Below, in pieces: positions 41,963 to 50,441 of a stretch of 64,000 nucleotides of DNA. This DNA comes from Patescibacteria group bacterium (lineage in GTDB: Bacteria > Patescibacteriota > Patescibacteriia > UBA1558 > GWA2-36-10): assembly GCA_018819405.1 (NCBI GenBank), contig JAHJQF010000001.1, positions 162,097-226,096 of the forward strand. The letters are read 5' to 3'. Numbering within the stretch: the first letter of the stretch is position 1; every line of letters starts with the position of its first letter. The notes under the pieces are model-generated. The model searched no databases. It was given only the letters and a program-made list of their open reading frames with translations, and was not told the origin of the DNA. The position numbers and the translations under genes are program-made.

Positions 41963-42679
41963 CTAATTATTATTTAAATAATCTTCTACTCTCTGGACAT
42001 CTTCCGGCTTGCCAAAATCAAGCCAGACACCTTTGAGGTCAATTACTTTTACCTTGCCCTGTTTGGCTAAAAGATTTATGACATCTGTCAGCTCATATTC
42101 ACCGCGAGGAGAAATATCTATCTTATCTAAATAATCAAAAACTTCTGGAGTAAATTTGTATAATCCAGTATTAATCAAATTACCAACTGGCTGAGCAGGT
42201 TTTTCTACTATTTGTTTCAAAAAACTATTTTTATCCACTGCTAGCACACCATAATTTTCTGGGTGCTGGTGGGCTAAGCCAGCTATATAATTGTAATCAT
42301 CATCAATATTTAATCTTTTCAAATCTTCAACCGAATATAGATTATCTCCGTAGACTGCCAAAAAACTTTGACCTTTCAAAATATCTTTGACACACTCCAG
42401 AGGACAAGCTGTGCCATACTTCTCTTCACCGAGTATTTCAAATTGATTAACTAGCTGGATTTTAAATTCTGGATATTTGGTCAAAAATTCTTCCATAAAT
42501 TCTTTTTTGTAACCAACGACCATTATAATTTCTTCAAAACCAGCGGCTTTTAGATTTGATAAAAGATAATAAAGAAAGGGACGACCATTAGCCTCTATGA
42601 GATGTTTTGGTTTGTCTTTGGACAACTCTAGCATCCTAGTACCGCGTCCAGCAGCTGAAATAAGTACTTTTCTAATCAT
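41963..42679 (-). CDS. Sugar-phosphate nucleotidyltransferase (NTP_transferase family)
   Basis: 'VLISAAGRGTRMLELSKDKPKHL' is the G-x-G-T-R-x motif; 238 aa. Confidence 0.65.
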   Translation of the reverse strand: MIRKVLISAAGRGTRMLELSKDKPKHLIEANGRPFLYYLLSNLKAAGFEEIIMVVGYKKEFMEEFLTKYPEFKIQLVNQFEILGEEKYGTACPLECVKDILKGQSFLAVYGDNLYSVEDLKRLNIDDDYNYIAGLAHQHPENYGVLAVDKNSFLKQIVEKPAQPVGNLINTGLYKFTPEVFDYLDKIDISPRGEYELTDVINLLAKQGKVKVIDLKGVWLDFGKPEDVQRVEDYLNNN

Positions 42680-42700
42680 ATTTCAATAAATTTAATATAA

Positions 42701-43705
42701 CTATTTTCTTAAAATAATTTTGGCAAGTTTATATATGCTATACCAGCTATTGTTATAAATCAAGTTGTAGGCCCCTGGTGAATATACCACCTGACCGCCA
42801 AAACCTTTTTTAAAACGACTAATACCAACCCATTTTGGTTTGGATCCGTCTTCTGGGGCAATACCCCAAAAATCATAAATCTCCGCGCCCAGAGTTTTGG
42901 CTTTTTTTATACTCTCCCACTGCAAAAGATGTGGTGCCATATAATTTCTGAATTCATAATCTGAAGCACCATGCAAATAGGTCATAGCTTGACCAAAATA
43001 AATCAAAATATTGGCCGCTACCGGCTGACCGTTTACTGTGGCTATAGCTAGATGAGCAACTTTATGATCAAGTAAGGTTTTAAAAAGTAAACGATAATAA
43101 TCATCGTCATGAATTTTTATTTCTTTTCTATCGGCTGTTTTTCTATTCAACGCCAAAAAAATTTCTATATCTTTTTCGTCTTGAGAAAAAAATACTGACA
43201 CTCCTTTTTTCTTGGCCAAAGCAATATTGTATCTGGTCTTAGTGTGCATATTGGCTAGTAATTTTTTTTCTTCATCTTTGATATCAAGAATCCAAGTATC
43301 ACGCGGTTGGACATCTGGACACTTTTGTAGTTCTGGCAAAATCAAATTACTATTTTCTGGTTCTAACTTAAAAAATATTTCTTCCTTTTTTTTGGTTTCA
43401 ATAGTAATCTCTCGTGCTTGTGACAAAATAAATCTTAAAACATCCTTTCTTTTTTCTTCGCTTATACCCTGACTAATGACCGGTCCCTTGGGACTATAAA
43501 GATAAGTCCTGTCAAAAGGTAATTTGTTTTCATACAAAAGACAAAGACCTATTAATTTATCCTCTTCTAAGACCGCTGCTTGCCAATATCTTTTGCCCTG
43601 TCTAGATAAAAAATTTCTCCAAACACTAGACTGTAAAAAATTACCAGAGACAAATCTGGTAGTTAAAAAATCATCATAATTTTCTTTATTACAAACTAAC
43701 TTCAT
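42701..43705 (-). CDS. FemAB-family peptidoglycan interpeptide-bridge aminoacyltransferase
   Basis: PF02388-like, with C-terminal 'YDFWGIAPEDGSKPKWVGISRFKKGFGG'. Confidence 0.6.
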   Translation of the reverse strand: MKLVCNKENYDDFLTTRFVSGNFLQSSVWRNFLSRQGKRYWQAAVLEEDKLIGLCLLYENKLPFDRTYLYSPKGPVISQGISEEKRKDVLRFILSQAREITIETKKKEEIFFKLEPENSNLILPELQKCPDVQPRDTWILDIKDEEKKLLANMHTKTRYNIALAKKKGVSVFFSQDEKDIEIFLALNRKTADRKEIKIHDDDYYRLLFKTLLDHKVAHLAIATVNGQPVAANILIYFGQAMTYLHGASDYEFRNYMAPHLLQWESIKKAKTLGAEIYDFWGIAPEDGSKPKWVGISRFKKGFGGQVVYSPGAYNLIYNNSWYSIYKLAKIILRK

Positions 43706-44268
43706 TTGTTTATATATTTAAGAGCTTCTTTGATACGCGTGGCCAGATCATCACTCTTGGGCAAAGTCTTTAATACTTCTTGAGCCTCACTTTGTTTGTA
43801 GCCCAGTGACATCAAAGCTTCGGCTACTTGCTTGTCGCTATCACTGGTCATAGATGGTTGGCTCAAGTCCACAATAAATTTTTCTTTGAGGTCTACCACT
43901 AGTCTCTCAGCAGTCTTCTTACCAATACCAGACACTTTTTGTAGCATAGTAGAATCTCCACTAGTAATAGCCCGCTTGAGATCATCAAGTGAGGCTAGAG
44001 CCAAGACATTTAAAGCACTCTTTGGTCCGACGCCTGACACAGAAATAAGTTTTTTGAAAAAATCCAACTCCTCTAAACTGGAAAAACCATAAAGATCAAA
44101 AGCATCCTCTTTGATATAAGAATGAATAAAAAAATCCACCTCATCCTGCTCACGGCATTTTTCTAGAGTTTTGGTTGGCAAAAAAACATCATAACCTATC
44201 CCACCAACCAAAACAATGGCGGATCTAGTAGCTTTTTTGATTATCTTACCTTTTAAATAGGCTATCAT
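43702..44268 (-). CDS. ruvA: Holliday junction branch-migration protein RuvA
   Basis: 'MIAYLKGKI...IVLVGGIGYDVFLP' and a helix-hairpin-helix middle domain. Confidence 0.85.
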   Translation of the reverse strand: MIAYLKGKIIKKATRSAIVLVGGIGYDVFLPTKTLEKCREQDEVDFFIHSYIKEDAFDLYGFSSLEELDFFKKLISVSGVGPKSALNVLALASLDDLKRAITSGDSTMLQKVSGIGKKTAERLVVDLKEKFIVDLSQPSMTSDSDKQVAEALMSLGYKQSEAQEVLKTLPKSDDLATRIKEALKYINK

Positions 44269-44405
44269 AATAATCTTATTCTACCAGACTTAGCCCTCTT
44301 TTTCAATTGACAAAAAATATCTTATATATTAAATTATTTTTGCAACTTGCTTTACTACTATACTTCTGCCCAGTGAGTCTGTACCCTCACAGAAAGGAAG
44401 GATCC

Positions 44406-45185
44406 ATGATCCACTATGAACTACGCAACCCTCTACTTGGTCGCTGGTTTGTAACCACTCTTATCCTCGCCCTAGTCACCACCCTCATCCCAACACTGCA
44501 TTTCCAACCAACAAGTAGCTATTCGCTGATTCTGCCCCAGATAACCCCCGACTGGCTCATCTGGCCACTCAATCTGGCGCTCTTTGTCGCCACGCTGGTC
44601 TGGCTGATCACCAACCGCTTCAGCGTCTGGATTGCCGGCGCCTACAACCACTGGCTCTACCATCTGCTCTGGCTGGCTATGGCCAAGGTTGTTTGGCTGC
44701 TCTTTGGCCCGGTGCTGTCGCTTAATACCCTGATGATCACTAGTTTTGTGGTCGTATTCACTCTCATCACCTACCTAGCTATCAGGAAAATCGGCCAAGA
44801 CATCTACTGGCACTTGCCAACTGTCTTTGTCGTCTACCTGATGGCTCTGCGCCTGATGCATGATGTCAGTCTACTTGGCTGGGGCAAGCCGCTCACTCTG
44901 CTAAGCAAGCAGACCATCCTGCTTTGGACTTGCTTGAAGGTAGTCAGCCTCCCCATCCTCGGTCTCCTGGCCTTGGTCTACATTGCCAGCGGCCTTTACT
45001 TGTTCGGGCAAAAAATCAAAAACAGCTGGGACAACAATCTGGATGAAAGCGAGGAAATAATCGGCCTTTTCATGTTGCTGATTGGCATCATGATTTTCCT
45101 AATCATCTTTGAACTCCCTTACCAAATCAAAGAACACCTCATCAAGCCTACTTGGCATTGGCTCTTTCCCGACTACTCCTACTAG
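44406..45185 (+). CDS. GC-rich (about 52% GC) polytopic membrane protein, unknown function; compositionally foreign. The start is reassigned to 44406; the track ORF at 44307 begins inside the promoter.
   Basis: SD 'aaaggaagg' 6 nt before ATG 44406. Six to eight TM helices. The promoter TTGACA is at 44307-44312, and the terminator at 45198-45245. Confidence 0.5.
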   Translation: MIHYELRNPLLGRWFVTTLILALVTTLIPTLHFQPTSSYSLILPQITPDWLIWPLNLALFVATLVWLITNRFSVWIAGAYNHWLYHLLWLAMAKVVWLLFGPVLSLNTLMITSFVVVFTLITYLAIRKIGQDIYWHLPTVFVVYLMALRLMHDVSLLGWGKPLTLLSKQTILLWTCLKVVSLPILGLLALVYIASGLYLFGQKIKNSWDNNLDESEEIIGLFMLLIGIMIFLIIFELPYQIKEHLIKPTWHWLFPDYSY

Positions 45186-45197
45186 GAGACTGGTCTG

Positions 45198-45245
45198 CCC
45201 CCGCCCGATTCTGTAAAACAGAATCGGGCGGGGGAATTTTTTATT
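45198..45245 (+). terminator. Intrinsic terminator 'cccccgcccgattctg-taaaa-cagaatcgggcggggg aatttttt', a near-duplicate of the terminator at 20234-20280
   Basis: Perfect 16-bp stem plus T tract. The stem ends and the 'gggggaatttttt' tail are identical to the 20234 terminator. Confidence 0.7.
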
Positions 45246-45476
45246 TTAAAAATCAAAATTTGCCTAAACCAAAAAACGCCCCATCGCGCAAGGGAGTTTT
45301 TCGGCTGTCCTATGTGACAGATACCTAGCAAAGACCCTCTCGACTAGGGCATCTGAAGGTATTGATATTATAGCAAATTTAAAAAAGCTTGAAAAGACCC
45401 CTGTGAATAAAATAGCTATTTATCCGCAAAAAATGGCTAAAACTAGAAAAATTTTAAAAGTTTTATATATACTCAA

Positions 45477-45505
45477 TTGACAGCCGAAAAAGAATAATAT
45501 AAAAT
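45477..45505 (+). promoter_or_regulatory. Promoter TTGACA-N17-TAAAAT driving the GC-rich ncRNA candidate
   Basis: TTGACA at 45477-45482 and TAAAAT at 45500-45505. The predicted TSS of about 45512 coincides with the start of the GC-rich block. Confidence 0.5.
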
Positions 45506-45511
45506 CTTTGT

Positions 45512-45805
45512 GGGGCTGCGTGGCAAACGCCACACGCTACGCGATCAGCATCCATGCTGGGCAAGTCGGTTTAGGTGCACCATCAACGCGTCCTAAGAGT
45601 GCTTCTTCCAGCTGATAATGGAAGCCGTTGATAACCGACACTGCGTAGCGCAGCCCCACCAACTCGGGCAAAAGGCAAGGGAGATAAACCTCCTAACGTT
45701 TCAAACCGCGTCAGCGGTGGGAGGCGACCTCGCCAATTTGCCCGCGGAGGGGAGAGTGTGCCGGACACTAATAGTCCGACAAACCTCCCCTCCCTCTTTT
45801 TTTAT
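45512..45805 (+). ncRNA. Candidate structured ncRNA of about 295 nt (about 58% GC) bounded by a promoter and an intrinsic terminator; class unknown
   Basis: Nested long-range helices (512-518/651-657, 535-542/643-650, 563-569/632-638, 580-586/625-631) and a terminal 'ggaggggag...ctcccctcc'+T7 terminator at 45748-45805. There is no plausible ORF; the track ORFs on both strands look spurious. Confidence 0.4.
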
Positions 45806-45860
45806 AAAAATTTTAAACCATTTACCATAATGATGCAGGGTTATTTTTTTTATTTAATAC

Positions 45861-45901
45861 AAAAAAGCCCCCTTGTCTGGTTATGAACCAGACAAGGGGG
45901 C
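45861..45901 (-). terminator. Intrinsic terminator of the small GC-rich membrane-protein gene ('gcccccttgtctggtt / aaccagacaagggggc' with an A/T tract)
   Basis: Seen in sequence: a 16-bp stem and a T run on the minus strand. Confidence 0.6.
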
Positions 45902-45925
45902 GCGAAGTTCTCAAGCCGAAATCGG

Positions 45926-46204
45926 CTACTCGTCAAAGGTCTCTTCGGATTCGTAATTCCGCGCCTGCAGACTACGAACCCTTTTGTAGATAGCCCGACC
46001 GGGCCAGCTCAGTAGACTCACCAACCCAAGACCAATGGGTATGAGCAGGATGTAGGTGACGTAGAAAAACGCCACAACATAAGCAGCCCACTGAGCAGCT
46101 GCCTGAAAACTCGGCAAAAGACCGAGCCCCCACAGACCTACACAGGCCAACAGACAGACACCGTAAAAAAGCACCAAACTAACGACAAAGAGCACAAAGC
46201 GCAT
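45926..46204 (-). CDS. GC-rich small membrane protein with 3 TM helices (92 aa). The ATG at 46204 is preferred over the track's GTG at 46210.
   Basis: AGGAGG SD 9 nt upstream of ATG 46204. The promoter TTGACA-N17-TATCTT (minus) is at 46254-46282. The gene is hydrophobic and about 60% GC. Confidence 0.45.
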   Translation of the reverse strand: MRFVLFVVSLVLFYGVCLLACVGLWGLGLLPSFQAAAQWAAYVVAFFYVTYILLIPIGLGLVSLLSWPGRAIYKRVRSLQARNYESEETFDE

Positions 46205-46285
46205 TACCACCTACCTCCTAAAAAGAGTGAATTGTTCGTACGTTTAACGCTGTAAGATAACATTATTAAAATATTTTGTCAATTC

Positions 46286-46314
46286 AAAAAACCCCGCTTC
46301 GGCGGGGCTTTTAT
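46286..46314. terminator. Bidirectional terminator 'ccccgc-ttcg-gcgggg' (UUCG tetraloop) flanked by A and T runs
   Basis: Seen in sequence, downstream of the minus-strand gene 46318-46686. Confidence 0.55.
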
Positions 46315-46317
46315 CTT

Positions 46318-46686
46318 TTATAAATAACTAAAGTCTTTTCTTCTATCAATCAACTCATAAGCCTTCTTCATTTCTTCGGGTGTGTTTATATAAATAATTT
46401 TGTATTTTCCAGAGGTGGTATTTTTTTCATGATCATGGAAAATTTCCAAAATATGTATCAATCCCCAATACAACCATTTACCGTTTATATTCTGCACTAA
46501 AAAATTTCTAACAGGGGGTCTATGATATATTCTAATATCCTCTTTATCTTTAAAATCAAATATTTTTCCTTCAAAATCCTCGGCCTTGATCTTATTTTTC
46601 AGGTGTTCTTGATAATTCAGTTCCTTTGGAAAACCCTGTTCTGAAGTTATTTGTAAGGTATCATTTATTTTTATAAAACCACCCAT
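46318..46686 (-). CDS. hypothetical protein (122 aa, AT-rich, native)
   Basis: An ORF with no assignable motif. It lies between dnaN and the GC-rich island. Confidence 0.4.
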   Translation of the reverse strand: MGGFIKINDTLQITSEQGFPKELNYQEHLKNKIKAEDFEGKIFDFKDKEDIRIYHRPPVRNFLVQNINGKWLYWGLIHILEIFHDHEKNTTSGKYKIIYINTPEEMKKAYELIDRRKDFSYL

Positions 46687-46690
46687 AAAT

Positions 46691-47791
46691 TTATTGCCTA
46701 ATAGGCATTACCAAATAAATATATTTGTCATTACCAACTGGCTGAAGTAGCCCTGGTGATGAATTATTGTTTATCTTCATATTTACTTCACTGGTACCCA
46801 GCTGATTAAGGCCATCTAGTAAATAGCGGTAGTTAAAGACAATATCATTTTCTTCTCCTTTTATTTCTGCTGAGACATTGGCAATTGAAGTACCAGTATT
46901 TGATGAAGCAGTAGCGATAATTATTTTTTGAGACTTGGCATCAAAACTAAGTCTTATATCATTAATACCTTGTTTGCAAAACAGAGCCACTGATTTTATA
47001 GCTGGGACAAGCTTACTAATATTGCACTTGGCTTCAGTTTTGAATTCAGCTGGAATAATTTGACTATAATCTGGGTATTTACCATCTATTACACGCGATA
47101 TGAGCTCTACTCCATCAAGCTCAAACATTATCTGATTTTCATTAAAAAATATTTTGAGTTTTTTGTCCTGCTGGTCATTTAGAATCCTAGCTAATTCTTG
47201 TAAAGTTTTGAGAGGAATTATTAGGTTTTTGTTTTCCCCGTTTTCTACTGGGATTTTCTTTTCAGCCAAACGGTAGCTATCAGTAGCTGCTAGAGTAAGT
47301 TCATTTTTTTGAAAGTTGAAGTTTACAGCATTTATTTCAATCCTTGAGACATCTAGTGACGCGGCTAGTAGCACTTGAGAAAGACTTTTTTTCAAGTCAG
47401 CGATTGAGATTTCTACCATGTTATGTTTTTCTATTTCTGGTATCAGAGGAAAGTCTTCAGCAAGCATGCCTTTGATAGAGGTTTCTTGGTTGGCACTTTT
47501 TATTTCTAGGTTATCTCCGTCCAAGTTGATTTCAATATTTTCTCTGGGAAGAAAAGAAACAAAGTTGTGAATCAATTTAGCATCTACTGTAAACTCGCCT
47601 GACTTTTCTATTTTTCCTCTAATTGATGCTTTGATACCAATTTCCAAATCAGTAGTGATCAAAGTGAGATCGTTTTTTTCTGCTTTCAATAATACATTAT
47701 TCAAAATTGGCAAGTTGGAACTTTTGTTGGCAATGTTTGATACCAAAGATAATCCTTTATTCAAATTTTCCTGAGTGCAAACAATTTTCAT
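46691..47791 (-). CDS. dnaN: DNA polymerase III beta sliding clamp
   Basis: Three-domain clamp of 366 aa, immediately downstream of dnaA. Confidence 0.93.
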   Translation of the reverse strand: MKIVCTQENLNKGLSLVSNIANKSSNLPILNNVLLKAEKNDLTLITTDLEIGIKASIRGKIEKSGEFTVDAKLIHNFVSFLPRENIEINLDGDNLEIKSANQETSIKGMLAEDFPLIPEIEKHNMVEISIADLKKSLSQVLLAASLDVSRIEINAVNFNFQKNELTLAATDSYRLAEKKIPVENGENKNLIIPLKTLQELARILNDQQDKKLKIFFNENQIMFELDGVELISRVIDGKYPDYSQIIPAEFKTEAKCNISKLVPAIKSVALFCKQGINDIRLSFDAKSQKIIIATASSNTGTSIANVSAEIKGEENDIVFNYRYLLDGLNQLGTSEVNMKINNNSSPGLLQPVGNDKYIYLVMPIRQ

Positions 47792-48088
47792 ATTATTATT
47801 GTTTAATTATTTATATATAAAATTTAGTAGTAGTTATAGGCACGGTGGATATGTTTATAAGTGGAGAAAAATTTTGGTAAAGCCTAGGAAAATTTGTTTT
47901 TATTTTGGATTTTAGCTGGTGGACAATCAGTTCACAAAAATGTTGATAAGAGGTTTTTTTGTGAATAAGTTTTGAGACTTTATTTTGATCGGTGGATAAG
48001 CTGGTGTTTATACACAGTTAGTTATAAAACTTTACACAAGGTTATAAAAAACTTATAAACAATTTATTCACGCAATTTTTGTGAATCT
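47792..48088. promoter_or_regulatory. oriC-type region: a cluster of DnaA-box-like 9-mers between dnaA and dnaN, plus an A/T-rich unwinding tract
   Basis: 'ggtggataa' at 47991-47999, 'tgtgaataa' at 47961-47969, 'tgttgataa' at 47941-47949, 'ggtggacaa' at 47918-47926, 'ttattcacg' at 48065-48073 and 'tgtgaatct' at 48081-48089. Two perfect tandem 'tgtggataa' boxes lie upstream of dnaA at 49573-49591. Confidence 0.6.
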
Positions 48089-49471
48089 TTAATTGCGTTC
48101 ATAGATTTTTGTCTTTAAAACTAAGATGTCATTTTTAATTCTATCATCAGATTCAATTAAGGTGGTTACTTTGACACAGGCGTGCATGGCAGTGGTGTGA
48201 TCTCGTCCGCCTATTTCTTGCCCGATGTTTGGGTAAGAGGCTTTAAGCTCTTCTCTCATCAAAAACATAGCAATTTGTCGGGGCACTACCAATTCTTTTT
48301 TGCGGCTGGCGCCCAAGAGATTTTCCATGCTAATGTCGTAAAATTCTGAAATGACTGTCAAAAGTCTTTTGGGGGTCAGTCCCGCCTTTCTAGGATTGGC
48401 AGCAATACCTCCCAAAATGGATTTTACGCTCTCTAAACTAGGAGTGGTGTTGTTGAGTTGATGAAAAGCAATAATTCTATTTAGAGCGCCTTCTAACTCG
48501 CGGATATTTTCTTGAATAGTTTCAGCAATATATTGAACTATCTTTGGGTCAAGATTATATTTTTTTTCTTGGGCCTTAATTTCTAAAATAGCCACTCTAG
48601 TTTCTAGATCAGGAGAAGAAATATCGGCAATCATCCCCCACTCAAAACGGGAAATCAACCTGTTCTCTACTTCTTGGATAGCTTTTGGTGGTCTATCAGA
48701 AGATATAACTATTTGTTTATTGTTTTGGTGAAGGGCATTGAAAGTATGGAAAAATTCCTCTTGAGTTTGTTCTTTTCCGGCTATAAACTGGATATCATCA
48801 ATCAAAAGCACGTCAATATTTCTATACATTTGCTTAAATTTGTCAGTTTGTCCCGATTTTATAGCAAAAATAAAGTCATTGGTAAATTTTTCGCTATTAA
48901 TATAAAGGACCCTTTTACTAGGATCTTTGGCTAATATATAATTACCAACAGCTTGGACTAGGTGAGTTTTTCCCAAACCTACACCACCATATATAAATAA
49001 AGGATTGTAGATTTCACCAGGTTTTTGAGCAGCCGCATGAGCAGCCGCTTGGGCCAACTCATTGCCTGGTCCAACAACAAAGGTTTCAAACTTATAGTGA
49101 GGATTTAGGCCAAATTTACTGACACTTTGGCCATTAGAAGGATTGCTGGAGTTATGCACATAGGAGGTTTTTTCTTTATTAATATTTTCAACATTTTCGC
49201 TAATGTCAGCCATCTTTTCCTTTGTTATGACCCTGTAGATAACCTGTAGATTATTTTTTGATAACACATTTTCCAGAGCTGATATAATTTTGTCGTGGTA
49301 CTTCTTTTCCAACCATACTTTGGTAAAGGCATTGGGCACTCCAACCACCACTTGGTCTGATTCAACACTGGCAATAAAGGTATTTTTAAACCAAGTAGTA
49401 AAGTTTGCTTTACTGATTAAAAGTTCTAATTCACCCAGGGTATTTTCCCAGATTTTATCGTAATTTTCCAT
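48089..49471 (-). CDS. dnaA: Chromosomal replication initiator DnaA
   Basis: AAA+ 'GGVGLGKTHL' and the C-terminal DnaA-box-binding domain; 460 aa. Confidence 0.95.
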   Translation of the reverse strand: MENYDKIWENTLGELELLISKANFTTWFKNTFIASVESDQVVVGVPNAFTKVWLEKKYHDKIISALENVLSKNNLQVIYRVITKEKMADISENVENINKEKTSYVHNSSNPSNGQSVSKFGLNPHYKFETFVVGPGNELAQAAAHAAAQKPGEIYNPLFIYGGVGLGKTHLVQAVGNYILAKDPSKRVLYINSEKFTNDFIFAIKSGQTDKFKQMYRNIDVLLIDDIQFIAGKEQTQEEFFHTFNALHQNNKQIVISSDRPPKAIQEVENRLISRFEWGMIADISSPDLETRVAILEIKAQEKKYNLDPKIVQYIAETIQENIRELEGALNRIIAFHQLNNTTPSLESVKSILGGIAANPRKAGLTPKRLLTVISEFYDISMENLLGASRKKELVVPRQIAMFLMREELKASYPNIGQEIGGRDHTTAMHACVKVTTLIESDDRIKNDILVLKTKIYERN

Positions 49472-49572
49472 ATTTTTAGCTTTGTTTTAGCCCGAAAACT
49501 TAGTCTATATTACTATAGCACAAATAAAACTTTACCAAAATACAGACTTTAGTTGAAAAAATGTGAACAGCT

Positions 49573-49591
49573 TGTGGATAATTGTGGATAA
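49573..49591. promoter_or_regulatory. Two perfect tandem DnaA boxes ('tgtggataa' twice, TTATCCACA on the complement) upstream of dnaA
   Basis: Seen in sequence, in a 10-bp register. This is the dnaA autoregulation/oriC flank. Confidence 0.65.
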
Positions 49592-49679
49592 CTTTCAAGA
49601 CTCTGTTAGTCTTGATAAATAGGGTGGAATATGTTATTGTTCAGACGTTATAATTATTAAAGATAGCTAGGTATTTTAT

Positions 49680-49817
49680 ATGACCAAAAGAACCTATCAG
49701 CCAAAAACCAGAAAAAGAGCCAAGACTCATGGTTTTCGTGCCCGCATGTCTAGCAAAAGCGGTCGCCAAGTATTGTCTAGCCGCAGAAAAAAAGGCAGAA
49801 AAAGCCTGGCTGTTTAA
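49680..49817 (+). CDS. rpmH: 50S ribosomal protein L34 (not in the ORF track because it is under 60 aa)
   Basis: Translates to '[45 protein letters not shown]', the canonical L34. It lies just upstream of rnpA. Confidence 0.88.
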   Translation: MTKRTYQPKTRKRAKTHGFRARMSSKSGRQVLSSRRKKGRKSLAV

Positions 49818-49841
49818 TTTACCTAATATTAGGCAAAAACT

Positions 49842-50222
49842 ATGTTGCCTAAAATTTTTAGACTTCATCAAGATAAGGAAATAAAAGACTTGGTTAAGAA
49901 TGGCCAAAGCTTTTTTTTGCCGCAACTAGTGATTAAGTATAAAAAAAATCAAGAGGGGCCTAGTCGTTTTGCTTTTGTGGTTTCTACTAAGGTTGATAAG
50001 CGGGCAGTAATCAGAAATAGATTGCAAAGACAAATGCGTGAAATTGTCCGGATAGCGCTACCAAAGCTTAAGACAGGGTATGTTGTGCTAATAATAGCCA
50101 AAAAATCTGCCTTGGAGTTGGATTTTAGCACTTTGGGTCGGCAACTAGACTTTGCTTTTAAAAAAATAAGCCTTTATAATCAAGGTCAAAATGATAAAAA
50201 AACTAGTTTTAAAACTAATTAG
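49842..50222 (+). CDS. rnpA: Ribonuclease P protein component
   Basis: 'FAFVVSTKVDKRAVIRNRLQRQMRE' is the RnpA RNR motif region. Confidence 0.85.
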   Translation: MLPKIFRLHQDKEIKDLVKNGQSFFLPQLVIKYKKNQEGPSRFAFVVSTKVDKRAVIRNRLQRQMREIVRIALPKLKTGYVVLIIAKKSALELDFSTLGRQLDFAFKKISLYNQGQNDKKTSFKTN

Positions 50223-50427
50223 GCTTTATCAAAAGACTTTATCTCCGGACACGGGCTGGTTTAAGGTGTTTTATCCTCATGGTTATTGCCGATTTTACCC
50301 GCATTGTAGCGAATATGGCTATCAGGCTATAGATAAATATGGACTTTTAAAAGGTGGATCAAAAGCTGTTTGGCGGGTTATAAGATGCAATCCCTTATCA
50401 AGCGGTGGCCATGATCCAGTAAAATAA
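50191..50427 (+). CDS. yidD: Membrane protein insertion efficiency factor YidD
   Basis: 'LIRLYQKTLSP...CRFYPHCSEYGYQAI...YGLLKGG' is the YidD signature. Confidence 0.8.
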   Translation: MIKKLVLKLIRLYQKTLSPDTGWFKVFYPHGYCRFYPHCSEYGYQAIDKYGLLKGGSKAVWRVIRCNPLSSGGHDPVK

Positions 50428-50441
50428 TTAAAATAACTTTC

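Noticed and set aside
45512-45661. A tRNA/tmRNA-like reading of the ncRNA candidate: 5' GGGGCUG pairing with CAGCCCC, followed by ACCA
   Set aside because: The two helix strands are contiguous on the 3' side with no T-arm. The distance between them is about 135 nt, which is neither a tRNA nor a plausible tmRNA. No tag-peptide reading frame ends in a typical degradation tag. It is kept only as an unclassified ncRNA.
49641-49925. Minus-strand ORF of 94 aa across rpmH/rnpA
   Set aside because: It overlaps the highly conserved rpmH and rnpA reading frames on the opposite strand.
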